Part shown: positions 24,808 through 36,711 of the stretch, piece by piece
How positions within the stretch are numbered: the stretch's first letter is position 1
Layout of the letters: the number at the start of each line of letters is the position of its first letter
Assembly (NCBI GenBank): GCA_051294905.1
Contig: CM119373.1
Location: forward strand, 30,070,001-30,134,000
Direction: 5' to 3'
Source: Botryllus schlosseri
Taxonomy: Eukaryota
Length of the DNA: 64,000 nucleotides
Notes under the pieces: generated by a model
Told to the model about the DNA's origin: nothing
Seen by the model: the letters and a program-made list of their open reading frames with translations, nothing else
Databases searched by the model: none
Program-made: the position numbers and the translations under genes

Positions 24808-26774
24808 CGTTGCGGCCAGCAGTCCAGTAGGATCCAACATTAGAACTTTGCACGACAACGCGATCGCCTGACGAATTATTTCTTTATGCACAAGGATTTC
24901 CCGGTCCCCTGCGAGCCGAAGAGCAGGTGATAGCGATTCGTTAGCTCTTCGTCTTCCACTTCAACGGTTGGATCCATGCGGTTCTTGACGCGACTGGTGA
25001 CGCAGTTGACGAATCCGGCTTGCATAGGTGGAAGAGTTGTGGCAGGTCCTATAATGAAATCCGTCGCGTCCAGTTCGGCGAGAATACTCCCTCGGAATAC
25101 TTGCTCCAAATTTGAAACAAGCTCACTATATATCCCCAGAGAGTGAATATATAATTCGCTCGGCAAGATTTTTGATGGCAAACCTCTTCTAAGCTGGTTT
25201 GGTCCTGCCAGAATGAGGCTTTGTTGAGCACCGCGAACGAAAATAACTTGATGTCGGTCGGCAGGATATCGAATCGCGGGTGATAAAGTTCTTCCAAGCT
25301 CCGGAAAGGAACGTTCATTAGAGAATCCTGAAGAAGTAGACGTCGTTCTTCATGTCCACAAATTTTACTCCGAGCAGAAGTGGCTTCGTGGCGCGCCTAG
25401 GATGCGACTTATCTTCCGTCACGGTGAAATTTCGGGTGAAATTACGCAAGAATTCCAAAAGTGTCCTTCGCTCAGCCCACGGTGCGCGGGTCATATAAGC
25501 TTTTACGGTGTCATTGGAGCTCACCCGTTGCAATGTAGGGATTAGGAATCGCTTCGTGTCCGAACACGTATGTGCCACCTTCACGTCGGCCAACAGAGTG
25601 ATCATTTCCGGCTCCGCCGGGCATAAGTCTCGCAGATATCGGTACGCGACGCTCTGCGCCGCCAAGTCCGAGAACAGAAGCTCGCGAGGAATGGTATGTT
25701 CCCGGAACTTTGACACGTATGACGCCACGTACTGCAGCAGCAATCCTTTCCCGTCGGTCATCTGGACGTCCGTAGAACAACGTAATGCCTCAAGCAGCGG
25801 GAGCACGTAGATGCGGAGTTTCACCGAATGAGCTCGTGGCGATCTTTTCAGGCTCATCACTGGTCTGCCTGGGCTTGTGTACATCGTACTCGCCTCTTCC
25901 CTGATACTCAAGCCTTTAACAGGCTTCGAACTCTTCTGACTGTTATACACAAGTTCAGAGAACTGGGCATCACAGTCCGGGAAGTCAGCACTGAATTGTT
26001 CGGTAGTGAACGTGAAGAGTTCCACGCTGTTGGAACTCGAACCTGTAAAAGTAGGTTTTGACATTGCTTGCGGGCGTTTCGGCATTGTGGAGGAGATTTT
26101 GGCGCCAATCTCTTTTGCCCGACACAAAGTGACGCATGGTCTCCGTTATAATATGCGCGATGTGCAGCGTCTCAATAGACGCCAACTCCGTAGGCCCTTT
26201 TCCAAGATGGCGCGATCTTTCTGCGAGGACTTCTCCCGGGAAAGTCCATTCGTACGGCGATGGCGTGATGATCACGTCGGGGAAACCGAACTGACGCACG
26301 TCGTCGACGATGTAGTTTAGCTGCCACTCCCAGTAGGTGCGCGAGAACGTTCCGGTTTCGAGTCCAATGCTCTCGCCGGTTAACAATCGAGCGCACGTGC
26401 TGCTGAAATTACGCCTGAGACCGTCTTGTATATCCATCTATCGAATTGGAATCACAATATGGAAAAATCAGCGGAATATAGTCCAACACACCGGAGAGTA
26501 ACTTGATCACGTAGGATTTCTTGGCACTTTTATGACTTCCTTTATCGGAAATCGACGTTTCGCATAGCGAGCGGAACGGGTACAATAGCGGCCACTTTGC
26601 TGTTTGGACAAATTTCAAGCTGAAAAGCTTGTCGCAGTTCAGACTAGCAGCTAGCGTGTCGTTATCGTGACGGGTGATAAAGTCACCGTAGGCGCTCCCC
26701 TCCCCTGAAGGGATTTTTACCACTTTTTTGTCAGTTGTGTTGTTGGATTGACCAAACTCTCGGTTAGAACTCAA
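24808..26774 (-). pseudogene. Helitron-like RepHel, copy A (frameshifted; HUH Rep plus start of Pif1 helicase)
   Basis: Motif 1 PDVIITPSPYEW, HUH motif YFYRFEFQQRGTLHVH, catalytic YVASYVSK, Walker A GSQGTGKS, then KEIIRQ..VLMLDPTGLLAATY. Co-linear with copy B. Confidence 0.9.
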
Positions 26775-27102
26775 ATCGAAAGTTGTTTATTTAGTTAATG
26801 TTTGCTTATGTCCGAATACGGATACATATAAAACGTATTCGTTTTTTATGAATTAAGGTCTTCCAATGGCATTACGATTCTAGCCAGCTATTGCATGTAT
26901 ATTTGGTAGTTCCACCATGGCTTTTCGAATGAAACTACACATTTTATTTGACATACATACGTCATCATGATTAAACTTAAATTGACATTTAATCACATTC
27001 AACTATTTACGTAAAACACAGTCACAAGAAAGCTACAGTTTTTTTCCTAAATCAACGTAGCATTCCTTTATCTTCCTCTTTTTTTCATCCATGGAATCGG
27101 GG

Positions 27103-27837
27103 TTATTGTCCTCTAATTTCCTCTACGACCTGCGGGCCCGCGCTCTGGGAATAGCTGGGGATTCTTTCTGCTGCTTCTCTTTCATATATCATCATATATG
27201 GGAGAGTGCCAAAAGATCGTTCAGAACCACTTGAATGCGGTATTTCGTTGTCGTTACTTGTCGATGACAAAGCCCATACATAGATCAACTTGAGCCTGTA
27301 TCCCCAATCTAGCCATGGTGTTACCAAGCTTTACGCGCAGCATTTTAAAGTTTCAATGAATAATGGTCCGTCGTGAGCTGATGATATCTGTTATCTGCTC
27401 AAGCCTGGTGCCGCATTGTTTCTCCGACAAATTCGATTGACGGCTTCGATTTGCCGGGTTATTCCAGAACGGCCTTATCACGCTTGATATTTTGTGTAGA
27501 TTCTCCATAAATTTATGGCGTACTTCCGCATCGCTGAAAAATTGGAAATCCACGTTGGTATCTTTATACTGTGCGATTTCTTCAGCAAATTCGGAGGTAG
27601 CGACTCCGGGCCTTGCCTTATATTCACACGAGTAATTTTTCATAACCTCTTTTATCTCGTCATTCGAATAGCTGGCGACCGGATCGCCGAATAACCGCAT
27701 GATGTCTGCTGGTATAAACATATCTGTACGTTCCGATGACGTTGATGGCGCAGATGACGTGGATGGCTCAGATGGTGAAGACGACGATGGCGCAGATGAC
27801 AAACAGTCGAACACGTAGATGCAGACGTAGAGCTCAT
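27103..27837 (-). pseudogene. Unknown accessory ORF upstream of RepHel copy A
   Basis: 153-aa ORF 27353-27814 (Ser/Pro-rich N-terminus, then a globular-looking region) that appears to continue across a stop. An out-of-frame ATG lies at 27837. No family recognised. Confidence 0.45.
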
Positions 27838-27881
27838 TTTGTCGATGCAGTGCGAATGTGACCGGTCGCTTAGCATCGCCC

Positions 27882-27889
27882 CTTATATA
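27882..27889 (-). promoter_or_regulatory. TATA box candidate for the accessory ORF
   Basis: The minus strand reads GGCC-TATATAAG-GGGC about 45 nt upstream of ATG 27837, with an Inr-like TCACATT in between. Confidence 0.4.
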
Positions 27890-28002
27890 GGCCTTGATAA
27901 TCTATTATTAGTAATTGTGCAAATCTATTAGTAGTAATAATAGTGGCATTGACCGAGGTGTCGCATACTGCTTGTAGTTGAGGTTGGTTACTTTTGTAAT
28001 AG

Positions 28003-28100
28003 CAGGGATGGTAGGGCAAAGCAAAATCAGCCCATCCCGAGTGATTCGATTCTGAATAGAGTGTCGTACTTGAAGTTGAATATTCGAGTGTTATTTATGA
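28003..28100. mobile_element. hAT-like MITE left end
   Basis: Starts CAGGGATGG and shares CCCGAGTGATTCGATTCTGAAT with 63927-64000. Confidence 0.5.
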
Positions 28101-28547
28101 TGTCAAAACAAAACGAATGTGGAAATTTGAAATATGTACATTTTATGCGAAAACTCGAAGTAGCCATAATTTATTATTTTTTGACCGAAGATATTGCGTT
28201 GCACTGTGACGACGCTGTGGTTTGTTCATGACTGCACACTAGGGTTGTTAATAATTTGGATCAATATCACATTTATGATCATCAAATTTAAGTGACAGTC
28301 ACGCCGACAGCCAATATCACTCGCGAATTGAATGCACCAGTATTGTTTGTGGTATACTGTAGCCGAACCTCGGCTCCTGTTAATCGACAGGCTAATGATT
28401 AGTTCTTTGATTGCGCCGTTTATTTAGTTGCCTTATATAACGACTAGGCTACTCGTGCTGTTAGGATGTCTCTTCTGTAATGAACGTTTATCGTGTGTCG
28501 ACATCGTTTCGTGGTGCAACAGGGAGTACGGGTTATGTATCCTGGTG

Positions 28548-28600
28548 TGGTGGCAGCGATGGGATTCGAACCCACACCATCGAAATGGCTGGTGGCTCAA
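28548..28600 (-). pseudogene. 3' half of tRNA-Leu including the CCA tail
   Basis: Minus strand ..CCAGCCATTTCGATGGTGTGGGTTCGAATCCCATCGCTGCCA-CCA matches the eukaryotic tRNA-Leu variable arm, T-arm and acceptor. The match stops near the anticodon loop. Confidence 0.75.
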
Positions 28601-29758
28601 ACTTCCTCGCGATGTATCCGAATCGGAATCTCGAATTGTGCGGTACGTTGAATCAAAGAGCATAGCATAGCAGGACATGGCGACGCATATTTCAAAACGC
28701 AGTTTTCAAATATCTTGATCTACGGCGCGAAGTGAACTGTTGTGGATGTGACGTTCACAAACTCGAAATACAAACAACTAACTATCCACGTTCTGTGTAG
28801 TACTGGCGATAAAATGTATGCGTGTAGCCGTAGCGCAACGTTACGTTACCGCCGAATACTTAGAATTGAGAAGTCGATAAGTATTCAGATTTTCGGAATC
28901 AGTGTGACAGTAGCATTCGATTAACATCAGTTGTCAAATTTAAGCTACTTACGGTCAAATTCTAAGCTACTTGACGTAATTCATTGGTGAGACTTGGCCC
29001 GTCTGCGTCTTAACTCTCGTTTCGAGCGTTATTTTCGACCAATTAGAGAGACCCAGTTTATACAGAGAAAATGTGACGCACACGAGGGATACCATGCAGT
29101 GAGTTGGAATAAGTGCTACCATGAGAATAAACGACGTCACGAATTTTCAATTGTGACGTAACAGTTTATTGGCATGTATGGCTCTTAGGGAGTTGGAGTT
29201 GAGATGGAAAAAATAGGGCCAATATGGATGGCTCTTCGGACAAAAAGCTTCCCGACCACTGCTATATGGAATTGAAACCCCCACAACGCTATATGGAATT
29301 GAAACCCCCACAACGAATTACGATGCTATCGTCTGTTCTGCGCCAGTATGAATCTTCATATGACATTTGACGCCTCTCTTCTCAGAAAATGTTTTTCATT
29401 CATAGATAGGCTTTTCGGAGTACACTCGAGCATGTGTATCATTCATAGATAGGCTTTTCGGAGTACATAGCTTAAATATTGCAGCAATCAATACGGTCAT
29501 ATTGCAATAGCTTAAATATTGCAGCAATCAATACGGTCATATTGCAAATTTATTCCACTCGAAGCTTTCCGACTGGCCTTCAGTGCCGCCAGTAAATGAG
29601 GTTAACCAGGTTCAAAATATAGAAATAGCACACAGAGTCGCGAATGGCAGTAAACCACGCACTGTTACTGTACCACGCGCATGAAATCAGCTGTAAAACA
29701 GCCGAATGACAAAACAACACTATAATGGAAGATTCCCAGCGTTTAGTGATATTCCTTC

Positions 29759-30345
29759 TGGCGACAGAGGATCGATCGGCTTTCACTGCTTAATCATAGT
29801 TGATTCAAGCAGAACCTTCGAATGAAAACGGGAACGACCACGAGCAACTATGGAAAACTGATTGTAATGTTTTCCACAATCGAGTGTTTCAAGTTGTGGG
29901 TGTTTCAAGAGATGCTATCCGATGGCAGAATTACATGCTGTTACTTGGTCATAATCACGCGTGGTCACTAGGGGGACTGTGATGATGAAGCCATGTCATC
30001 ACCCTGCGAATTCCTAATTTGACATGGGACGTGTTGACGAATTCTTTGTTGCAAGCGCTGAGATGTGCGACCCACATACCGACTGTCGCATCGGCGCATA
30101 TGTTGGTAAATTTTGGTAAATTAAGTCACTCTGATCAATCGCAGGTGGAACATCCGTACGCGTTGCTGGCAGTAAAGATTTCGTAGTAGATATGACACGG
30201 GGTTCCACTTGTGGGAAACAATGACTCACGGAGGACTTAATCCGTATTGTTACAAGCTGTATCTATCCACAGGAGATGCACATTAAACTAGGCACCTTCT
30301 CTGTCCAAACAGCTTTCTTGTACTTAACGTTCAATAGTTACTTTG
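29759..30345 (+). pseudogene. Possible Gypsy (Mag-like) relic: PBS-like site and decayed gag N-terminus
   Basis: TGGCGACAGAGGAT resembles the tRNA-Ser PBS TGGCGACGAGGAT. From 30024: MGRVDEF..VRVAGSKDF..LTEDLIRIVTSCIYPQE, with stops. Confidence 0.35.
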
Positions 30346-30945
30346 TTCAATAGTTACTTTGTTTTGACAATATGTTCTGGATGGCCATTGGCAAGGAAAT
30401 AATCGAATTAACAGTGTTTATTTCAAAATCCAGTTTGTCAACACTGCAAATCATCAGTGCCCTGTGTGTACCAGGCAGGGTCCTTATCAGATTGATTTTA
30501 CGTTCGTTCCATAGGGCAATACTGACTACTGAATGTAGCCTTACGGTGGGCAGATGTAACAGAATTGTCCATCTTCTCAACAAAGACATCTAAAAAGGCA
30601 TCCTACTGACTACTGAATGTAGCCTTACGGTAGGCAGATGTAACAGAATTGTCCATCTTCTCAACAAAGACATCTAAAAAGGGATCTTCTCAACAAAGAC
30701 ATCCTAAAAAGGCATTCAAGTAACGACACGCATTTTTCAATTATGATTCAAGTAACGACACGCTTTTTTCAATTGTGATTCAAGTAACGAGACGCTTTTT
30801 TCAATTATGAAACACTTCGACAGTAGGTCACCATGTCCACCGTGACCACAACCGAAAGACGAACACCGGAAAAGTAGCATGGAATAGCGAAAATTTTAGT
30901 CGAAGCACAGAATGAAGATTATCCGCGGCAGAGATTACGAAGGTC

Positions 30946-31454
30946 CTACTCGTCATCCGTAGCCGACTCGATGACGATCACGGATGCCGGTGACTCCGCG
31001 GACAAGACACTGTTCGCCAAGGCGCGAGACCGGACGCTCGTGTCCGACTCGGATTGGTGATTCGATTGTTCGGTAACCGTACATGGATCCGAATCAATGG
31101 ACTCGGATGCGGACACGACGGGCACCCTGGCAAGTTGTTGAGTGATATCGGCGTCGCCCACATCCGACAAGCCTTCGCTGTCGCTCTCCGTAGTGTTTTC
31201 AACACGGTCCAATGCGTCCTTTATCTGGACACAAGCCTCCTGCAGGCTGAAGTGTCTCCGTACGCGGCGCCTATTGCGTGCCTCCCGGAGGAGGAGCTCT
31301 TGACTATCCTGACAAAATAGAACCATGCATTTGTCAAGAAACACCTGACACCTATTTGATCACGACATGATCGCTGCAAACGTTCACCACACACACACTC
31401 TTCACAGGTAAAACTATGTGAGCATTGCCTGCTAGGTATACGTTGTTCAGCCAT
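30946..31454 (-). pseudogene. Unknown Cys-rich/acidic protein relic (two ORFs joined by a frameshift)
   Basis: MAEQRIPSRQCSHSFTCEECVCGERLQRSC joins ..FLDKCMVLFCQDSQELLLREARNRRRVRRHF..ESDSE.. GC content is higher than the flanks. Confidence 0.4.
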
Positions 31455-32421
31455 TGTGAATATTCTAACAGTGTACTAACACGACAGCTTTAATACAGAT
31501 AATGCATAAGCATAAGACTTGAAACAAATCACATTTGTTTGATGATAACAGTTGTATAACAAACACCGCCGCGGTATAACGAACACCGCCGCGATTTTAA
31601 AAGACCGTTCATCTAGTGTTAACACGTTTATGAATTACAAGTCGACGACTTTCTGTTAAAACTAGCTATTCAAATTGTAGATTCGTTGTCATTCATATAA
31701 ATTACATTTCTAGACACCGGAACAAAAAGTATTTTCATTTGAATGAAACAAATCATTCATCCCCGAATGTGTTTTTTTATACGGGTACCAATTCATTACG
31801 AATGAGTTATAGCGAAGTTACCTAAGAGTTGTACAATATACATCCCGATTCTACCAAACGCAGTACAATATACATCCCGATTCTACCAAACGCAATCACG
31901 ATCGACGTATTCAAGTACGACCGAGCTGTATTAAACTCAAGAGTTGTCAATCTAAAAGTAAACGAGCGTTGGAATTCCGTTTTGACCGTCTGGATGTTCA
32001 GCAATCTTTTACATTAATCAAGACCCCACGTTGAAATCCCAGACCCCACGCAAGCACCGACTTCGGGGTGGTCACCAGAATACTTTCTCGCACCTTGTCT
32101 GGTTACCAATCGCATGTCTGCTTTTAACACTATAGCTCGAGGTGTTGGATGTGTTTTACCCTTGTGGATTATAATCCCTTGTGGATTATAATGTGGATTA
32201 TAAGCCCTTGTGGATTATAATAACAGCTGACCTTGACGATTTGTGAAAAAAGTTATAGTAAGCTTCCCTGACTCACTTCCATTTTTCTGTGTATCTCCTC
32301 ATCTCCGGTATGTTCTCATCTCGATATCTCCGGTATGTTCAACTAGTCACAAGGGCGTACGCGAACACAAAGAAACCTTTATTTATGTGATCACATCACA
32401 TAAAACATAACCAGAGTAAAA

Positions 32422-33027
32422 TCACATAAAGTGGGTAACCATGTGTTTACCCAAGTTACATTTATGCTCGAAAATCTTCGCACACATCCCGCACGAATAT
32501 TTTGCGAGTCCTATGTGGGTAGCGATATGCATTTTCAAAGTACTTTTACGGGTAAACGCCTTGCCGCTGATCGGGCATTCATGGTTTTTTCGCACCAAGG
32601 TGTTGTTGTTTATGTATTTTACGGTTCTATGTTCTGGCGAAATGTCGCCCACATATCTCGCAGCCGTAGTTCCTGATGCCGGCGTGCAGTCGCAGGTGTT
32701 CGTTGAGACGGCCTCTGTTGGCGAATCTCCTGTCGCAGATCCAGCATTCTTGGACGTGGCGAATCTCCTCTCGCAGATCCAGCATTCTTGGACATGGACA
32801 GTAACGGTGTAGTATATCGTAGAATGTGATGTCATAAGGAAATGTTTCTCATCATTTAACCTTTGATAATGAACTTTTAGTTCCTTTTGGAGTAGAACTG
32901 GGTGGAGTTCAGCTTGCGATATCTGTCTGATGTTTCCCAAGGAAACCACCGCTATAGCGCAGACATTTTGAATTGGTGCTTCTAGCGGCCATATATATAT
33001 ATATATATACATCCATGTACGGACCAT
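32422..33027 (-). pseudogene. Second decayed C2H2 zinc-finger array
   Basis: HECPISGKAFTRKSTLKMHIATHIGLAKYSCGMCAKIFEHKCNLGKHMVTHFM* and ECWICERRF; AATAAA downstream. It shares GLxKY.C and THFM with the 9700-10285 array. Confidence 0.8.
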
Positions 33028-33031
33028 TGAT

Positions 33032-33225
33032 ATGTTTGCTGGTCATGTGGTCTCTTCGTTTCGCTCTGCGTCGGCAAGAGTTGAAGGAATTTTGAAACGG
33101 GCCGAAGATGGTCTGCTACAGAAAATTCACCTACCTTGGAATGGTCAAGGGGACACGTGGGAACAAGACGAGCTACGTGAAGCCGTCTTTCCTTCCTTTC
33201 ACCTCGGTGCGTGGGTGTTAGTTAG
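33032..33225 (+). pseudogene. Chromodomain-like fragment
   Basis: VEGILKR...PWNGQGDTWE resembles the chromodomain pattern VExIL.R...WxG..DTWE; weak match. Confidence 0.3.
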
Positions 33226-33329
33226 ATTTTCATTTCGGTGTGGTCTTCGTTTCCTGATATTGTTTTCAGGGCGTGCGTATGTTTCTAAATCATCAGCTCG
33301 GTATGGTGGGTGTTCCCAAGTTTTTTCGG

Positions 33330-35215
33330 TGTTTTTCCTTTGATCTCGGTGTGGTGGGTGTTGACTTTTTTCCGGTGTGTTTTTGTTGTGTTCATTTTGT
33401 CATCTGATAAAGTAGGCGGGTATATGTCTCGTTAGCTGTTTTGTTAGTTGAAACCTCTGACCGTCAATGTCGTGTCTTATTTCAACGAGTTGGTTCATCA
33501 ACGAGAGGGACGTTGTTTTTTCTCAACTTTTTTCGGTGTTTTTCCTTTCATCTCGGTGTGCTGTGGGTGTTGACTTTTTTCGGTGTGTTTTTGTTATGTT
33601 CATTTTGTCATCTGATAAGGTAGGCGGGTATATGACTCATTAGCTGTTTTGTTAGTTGAAACCTCTGATTCTTCCAGAACTATTTCGGTCAATTTCGTGT
33701 TTCATTTCAACGAGTTGGTTCATCAAAACTTTTTTCGTTGTTTTTCCTTTCATCTCGGTGTGGTGTGGGTGTTGACTTTTTTTCGGTGTGTTTTTGTTAT
33801 GTTCATTTTGTCATCTGATGAGGTAGGCGGGCATGACTCATTAGCTGTTTTGTTAGTTGAAACCTCTGATTCTTCCAGAACTCCTTTCGGTCAATTTTGT
33901 GTCTTATTTCAACGAGTTGGTTCAATGAGAGGGACGTTACCGACAATTTTTAGGTTTTGATTACTTCCATTAGCATGTTGCCAATTTTAATTTCCATTGT
34001 GTCGAAAGGAATTGGAAGGTTCGCTGGTTACATCATTGAATACCGCTACGTCACCAAATGGCAGCAGTGAATCACTGGATATTCTTGGTAGGTTTTTGGC
34101 TCTCCAAATGATTACATCGAAATAATAGTGTTTTTCTTTTATCTCGGTGTGGTGGGTGTTTTATATATTTTCGGTCTGTTTTGGATGAAGTAAACTGCTC
34201 AGTTCATAAACACTTATGAACTGAGCAGCGGGTGTTTTACTTTTTTTCGGTCATCTCGGTGTAGTGGGTGTTTGTTTTTTTCGGTCTGTTTTCGGTTCCT
34301 AAGTCAAAAGGTTTCTGGTGGTTTTTAGGGCTAGCATGTTGCCATTTAATTTCCATTGTGTCGAAAGGAATTGAAAGGTTCGCTGGTTACATCATTGAAT
34401 AATCGCTACGTCACCAAATGACAGTGAATCATTGGATATTTTTGGTAGGTCTTTGGCTCTCCTAATGATTATACATCGAAATAATAGTGTTTTTCTTTCA
34501 TCTCGGTGTGGTGGGTGTTTGATTTTTTTCGGTCGAAGTAAACAGCTCGGTTCGCGGGTGTTTTACTAATCTCGGTGTAGTGGGTGTTTGATTTTTCGGT
34601 CTGTTTTCGGATGAAGTTTTTGTTTCGGTCTGTTTTCGGTTCCTAAGACAATCGGAAGGTTTCTGGTGGTTTTTAGGTCTAGCATGTTACCAATTTTAAT
34701 TTCCATTGTGAAAGGAATTGAACGGTTCGCTGGTAACGTCATTGAATATCGCTACGTCACCAAATGGCAGTGAATCACTAGATATTCTTGGTAGGTCTTT
34801 AGCTCTCCTAATGATTACATCGAAATAATAGTGTGTTTTTGTTTCATCTCGGTGTGGTGGGTGTTTGATGTTTTTCGGTCGAAGTAAACAGCTCAGTTCG
34901 CGGGTGTTTTACTAATCTCGGTGTAGTGGGTGTTTGATTTTTTCGGTGTGTTTTCGGATGAAGTTTTTGTTTCGGTCTGTTCCCAAGTCAATCGGAAGGT
35001 TTCTGGTGGTTTTTATGGCGGAAAAAAAAGAAACAGGCCAGGGTATCGGATTCGGCGGCTGAAACTGATGGTCAAAATACCACAACGTCGATTTAAGACT
35101 TTTTTAGGTGTGTTCTTTCTAGAATATAGTTGAACTGAATACCAGTTGGTGTTTGTTTTTTTTCGAAGTGTTTTCTTTTTTCGGTGTGTTTTTTCTTCCA
35201 TCTCGGTGTGGTGTG
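33330..35215. repeat. Hierarchical degenerate tandem array, G/T-skewed
   Basis: About 205-bp unit x3 (33340-33960), then about 355-bp unit x3 (33960-35030), with 10 copies of ATCTCGGTGT(G/A)(G/C)TG. Confidence 0.85.
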
Positions 35216-35929
35216 GCAAAAGGCAAAAGAATAGGAAACAGCGTGAGGTTGTTTATGTGTCGGAGTCAACATCAGGTATGTCGGTCTTTCCGAGGTCACA
35301 AAATTAACGTTTCGAAAGGGATCAAGATATGCCGAGTGAGTCTTGCTTGCCTGGAATTTATACTGGTTCACAGGTTAAAGCGAGGTAAAGTATCCAATTA
35401 TGGTACTGGGGCAAGATACGATCACTGATTTTCTACCAGCTACCAGTCTGAACACAGTTAGCTAGAATAAAAAACTAAGTTCGCGCGCCTTAAAGAGCTC
35501 GAGGAGCAAGAATCGAAGAGGGCGAGGGGCAGTCCAAGATGGAAGCCGCCGACGACCCCATTGACTTCGATAATAAAAATGAATAAATTCATTGACATGC
35601 CCCTTGCGCGTATTGGGAATCGATTTTTGCCACCGTTCAGATCGTTCGCCAACGACTCTGAGTATTCATTATTGAGACAAGAGCAATAATGGATGAAGAC
35701 AGCAATAATGTCGAAGGTCCTTTATCGAACAAGTTGCCCCCCCCCCCCCCCGTTGTCGGAGTACAGAGTTCACAATAAAATCTCGAAAGACTGATGTGAA
35801 GAGTAGTAGCGCTAGACAGCCGGACAGGTCATCCTTATATACCTGTTCACTGCATCGGATTGTGCCTCGCGTGTCTTGATCGGGTAAATTCAATAGAGAA
35901 ACCACCGACAACACCACTCAAAATTTGTA

Positions 35930-36001
35930 TTCGCTCGCGGCACACCTGATCAGTCCAATTGTCACACTAATGTGCCTCGACACACCGGTCGAGAACCACT
36001 G
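35930..36001. mobile_element. Right end of a Charlie-like hAT MITE
   Basis: GCGGCACACCTG..CACACCGGTCGAGAACCACTG. Confidence 0.6.
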
Positions 36002-36467
36002 TATCAGAACATAGTTCCAAGTTTCGTACGTGTGAGATTTGAGATCTCTGCACAGCAAGCTAGGTCGTTATCTATTTTGCCATTGAGTGCAGCAATCAAC
36101 GACTTAATTGCGCTGGCGTACAAACGGCGAACCAACTCGGCATGAGATCGCTTGCTGTTGTGCAGTGCAGACGTTAATTGGCAACACGCTTCGCTTGCTG
36201 TTGTGCAGTGCAGACGCTAATTGGCAACACGCTTCTCGCTAATTGGCAGCGAGTAACACTGATAATACGAATCACGGGCATGATGGCTGAATGTGATGCG
36301 CGATTAAAACAAACATGAATAAAGGTGTGATTTCGAGTCGAGGGAGATTTTTTTCGAGGTTTGTTGTACCCATGCATAATTCGCACCCGTGATTTTAGGA
36401 CAAACCGGGGAAATTTTGCGCGTCATACATGGGAAATGACGGTACTGAACTAGATAGTTAATCGAAA

Positions 36468-36602
36468 TGTTCGTGTGGCGACCAGAAACAACATATATTC
36501 AATTGTTAGACCTGTTTTCGTTGGTTACTTTATGCTGTAAGGACGGTGAAGAGATTTGCGGTCAAGCATTGTTATAAATTGTTTCTAGTCACCACACGAA
36601 CA
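36468..36602 (+). mobile_element. Short solo-LTR-like element (135 bp) related to the BEL LTR
   Basis: TG..CA ends with 22-bp inverted termini (TGTTCGTGTGGCGACCAGAAAC / GTTTCTAGTCACCACACGAACA). The core is similar to 18195-18270. No TSD. Confidence 0.55.
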
Positions 36603-36711
36603 TTAGTTGTCCATATCTGGTGTAGTTTTTTTTGTGTCACACCAAAGTTTCTTTTGCCATTTCCTATCAGGCGACGTCTCCGATTCCAGCTAGATGCGAG
36701 ATGATGAATTG

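Noticed and set aside
25508-26396. Plus-strand ORFs over RepHel A (likewise minus ORFs over the Tx1 LINE and plus ORFs over RepHel B)
   Set aside because: They are antisense shadows of the real coding frames.
28548-28600. Functional tRNA gene or LTR primer-binding site
   Set aside because: The 5' half and A-box are missing, the match is far longer than a PBS, and no LTR ending in CA precedes it.
33330-35215. Repeat array as CRISPR
   Set aside because: Eukaryotic context, degenerate repeats, spacers that are themselves repeated, irregular period and no cas genes.
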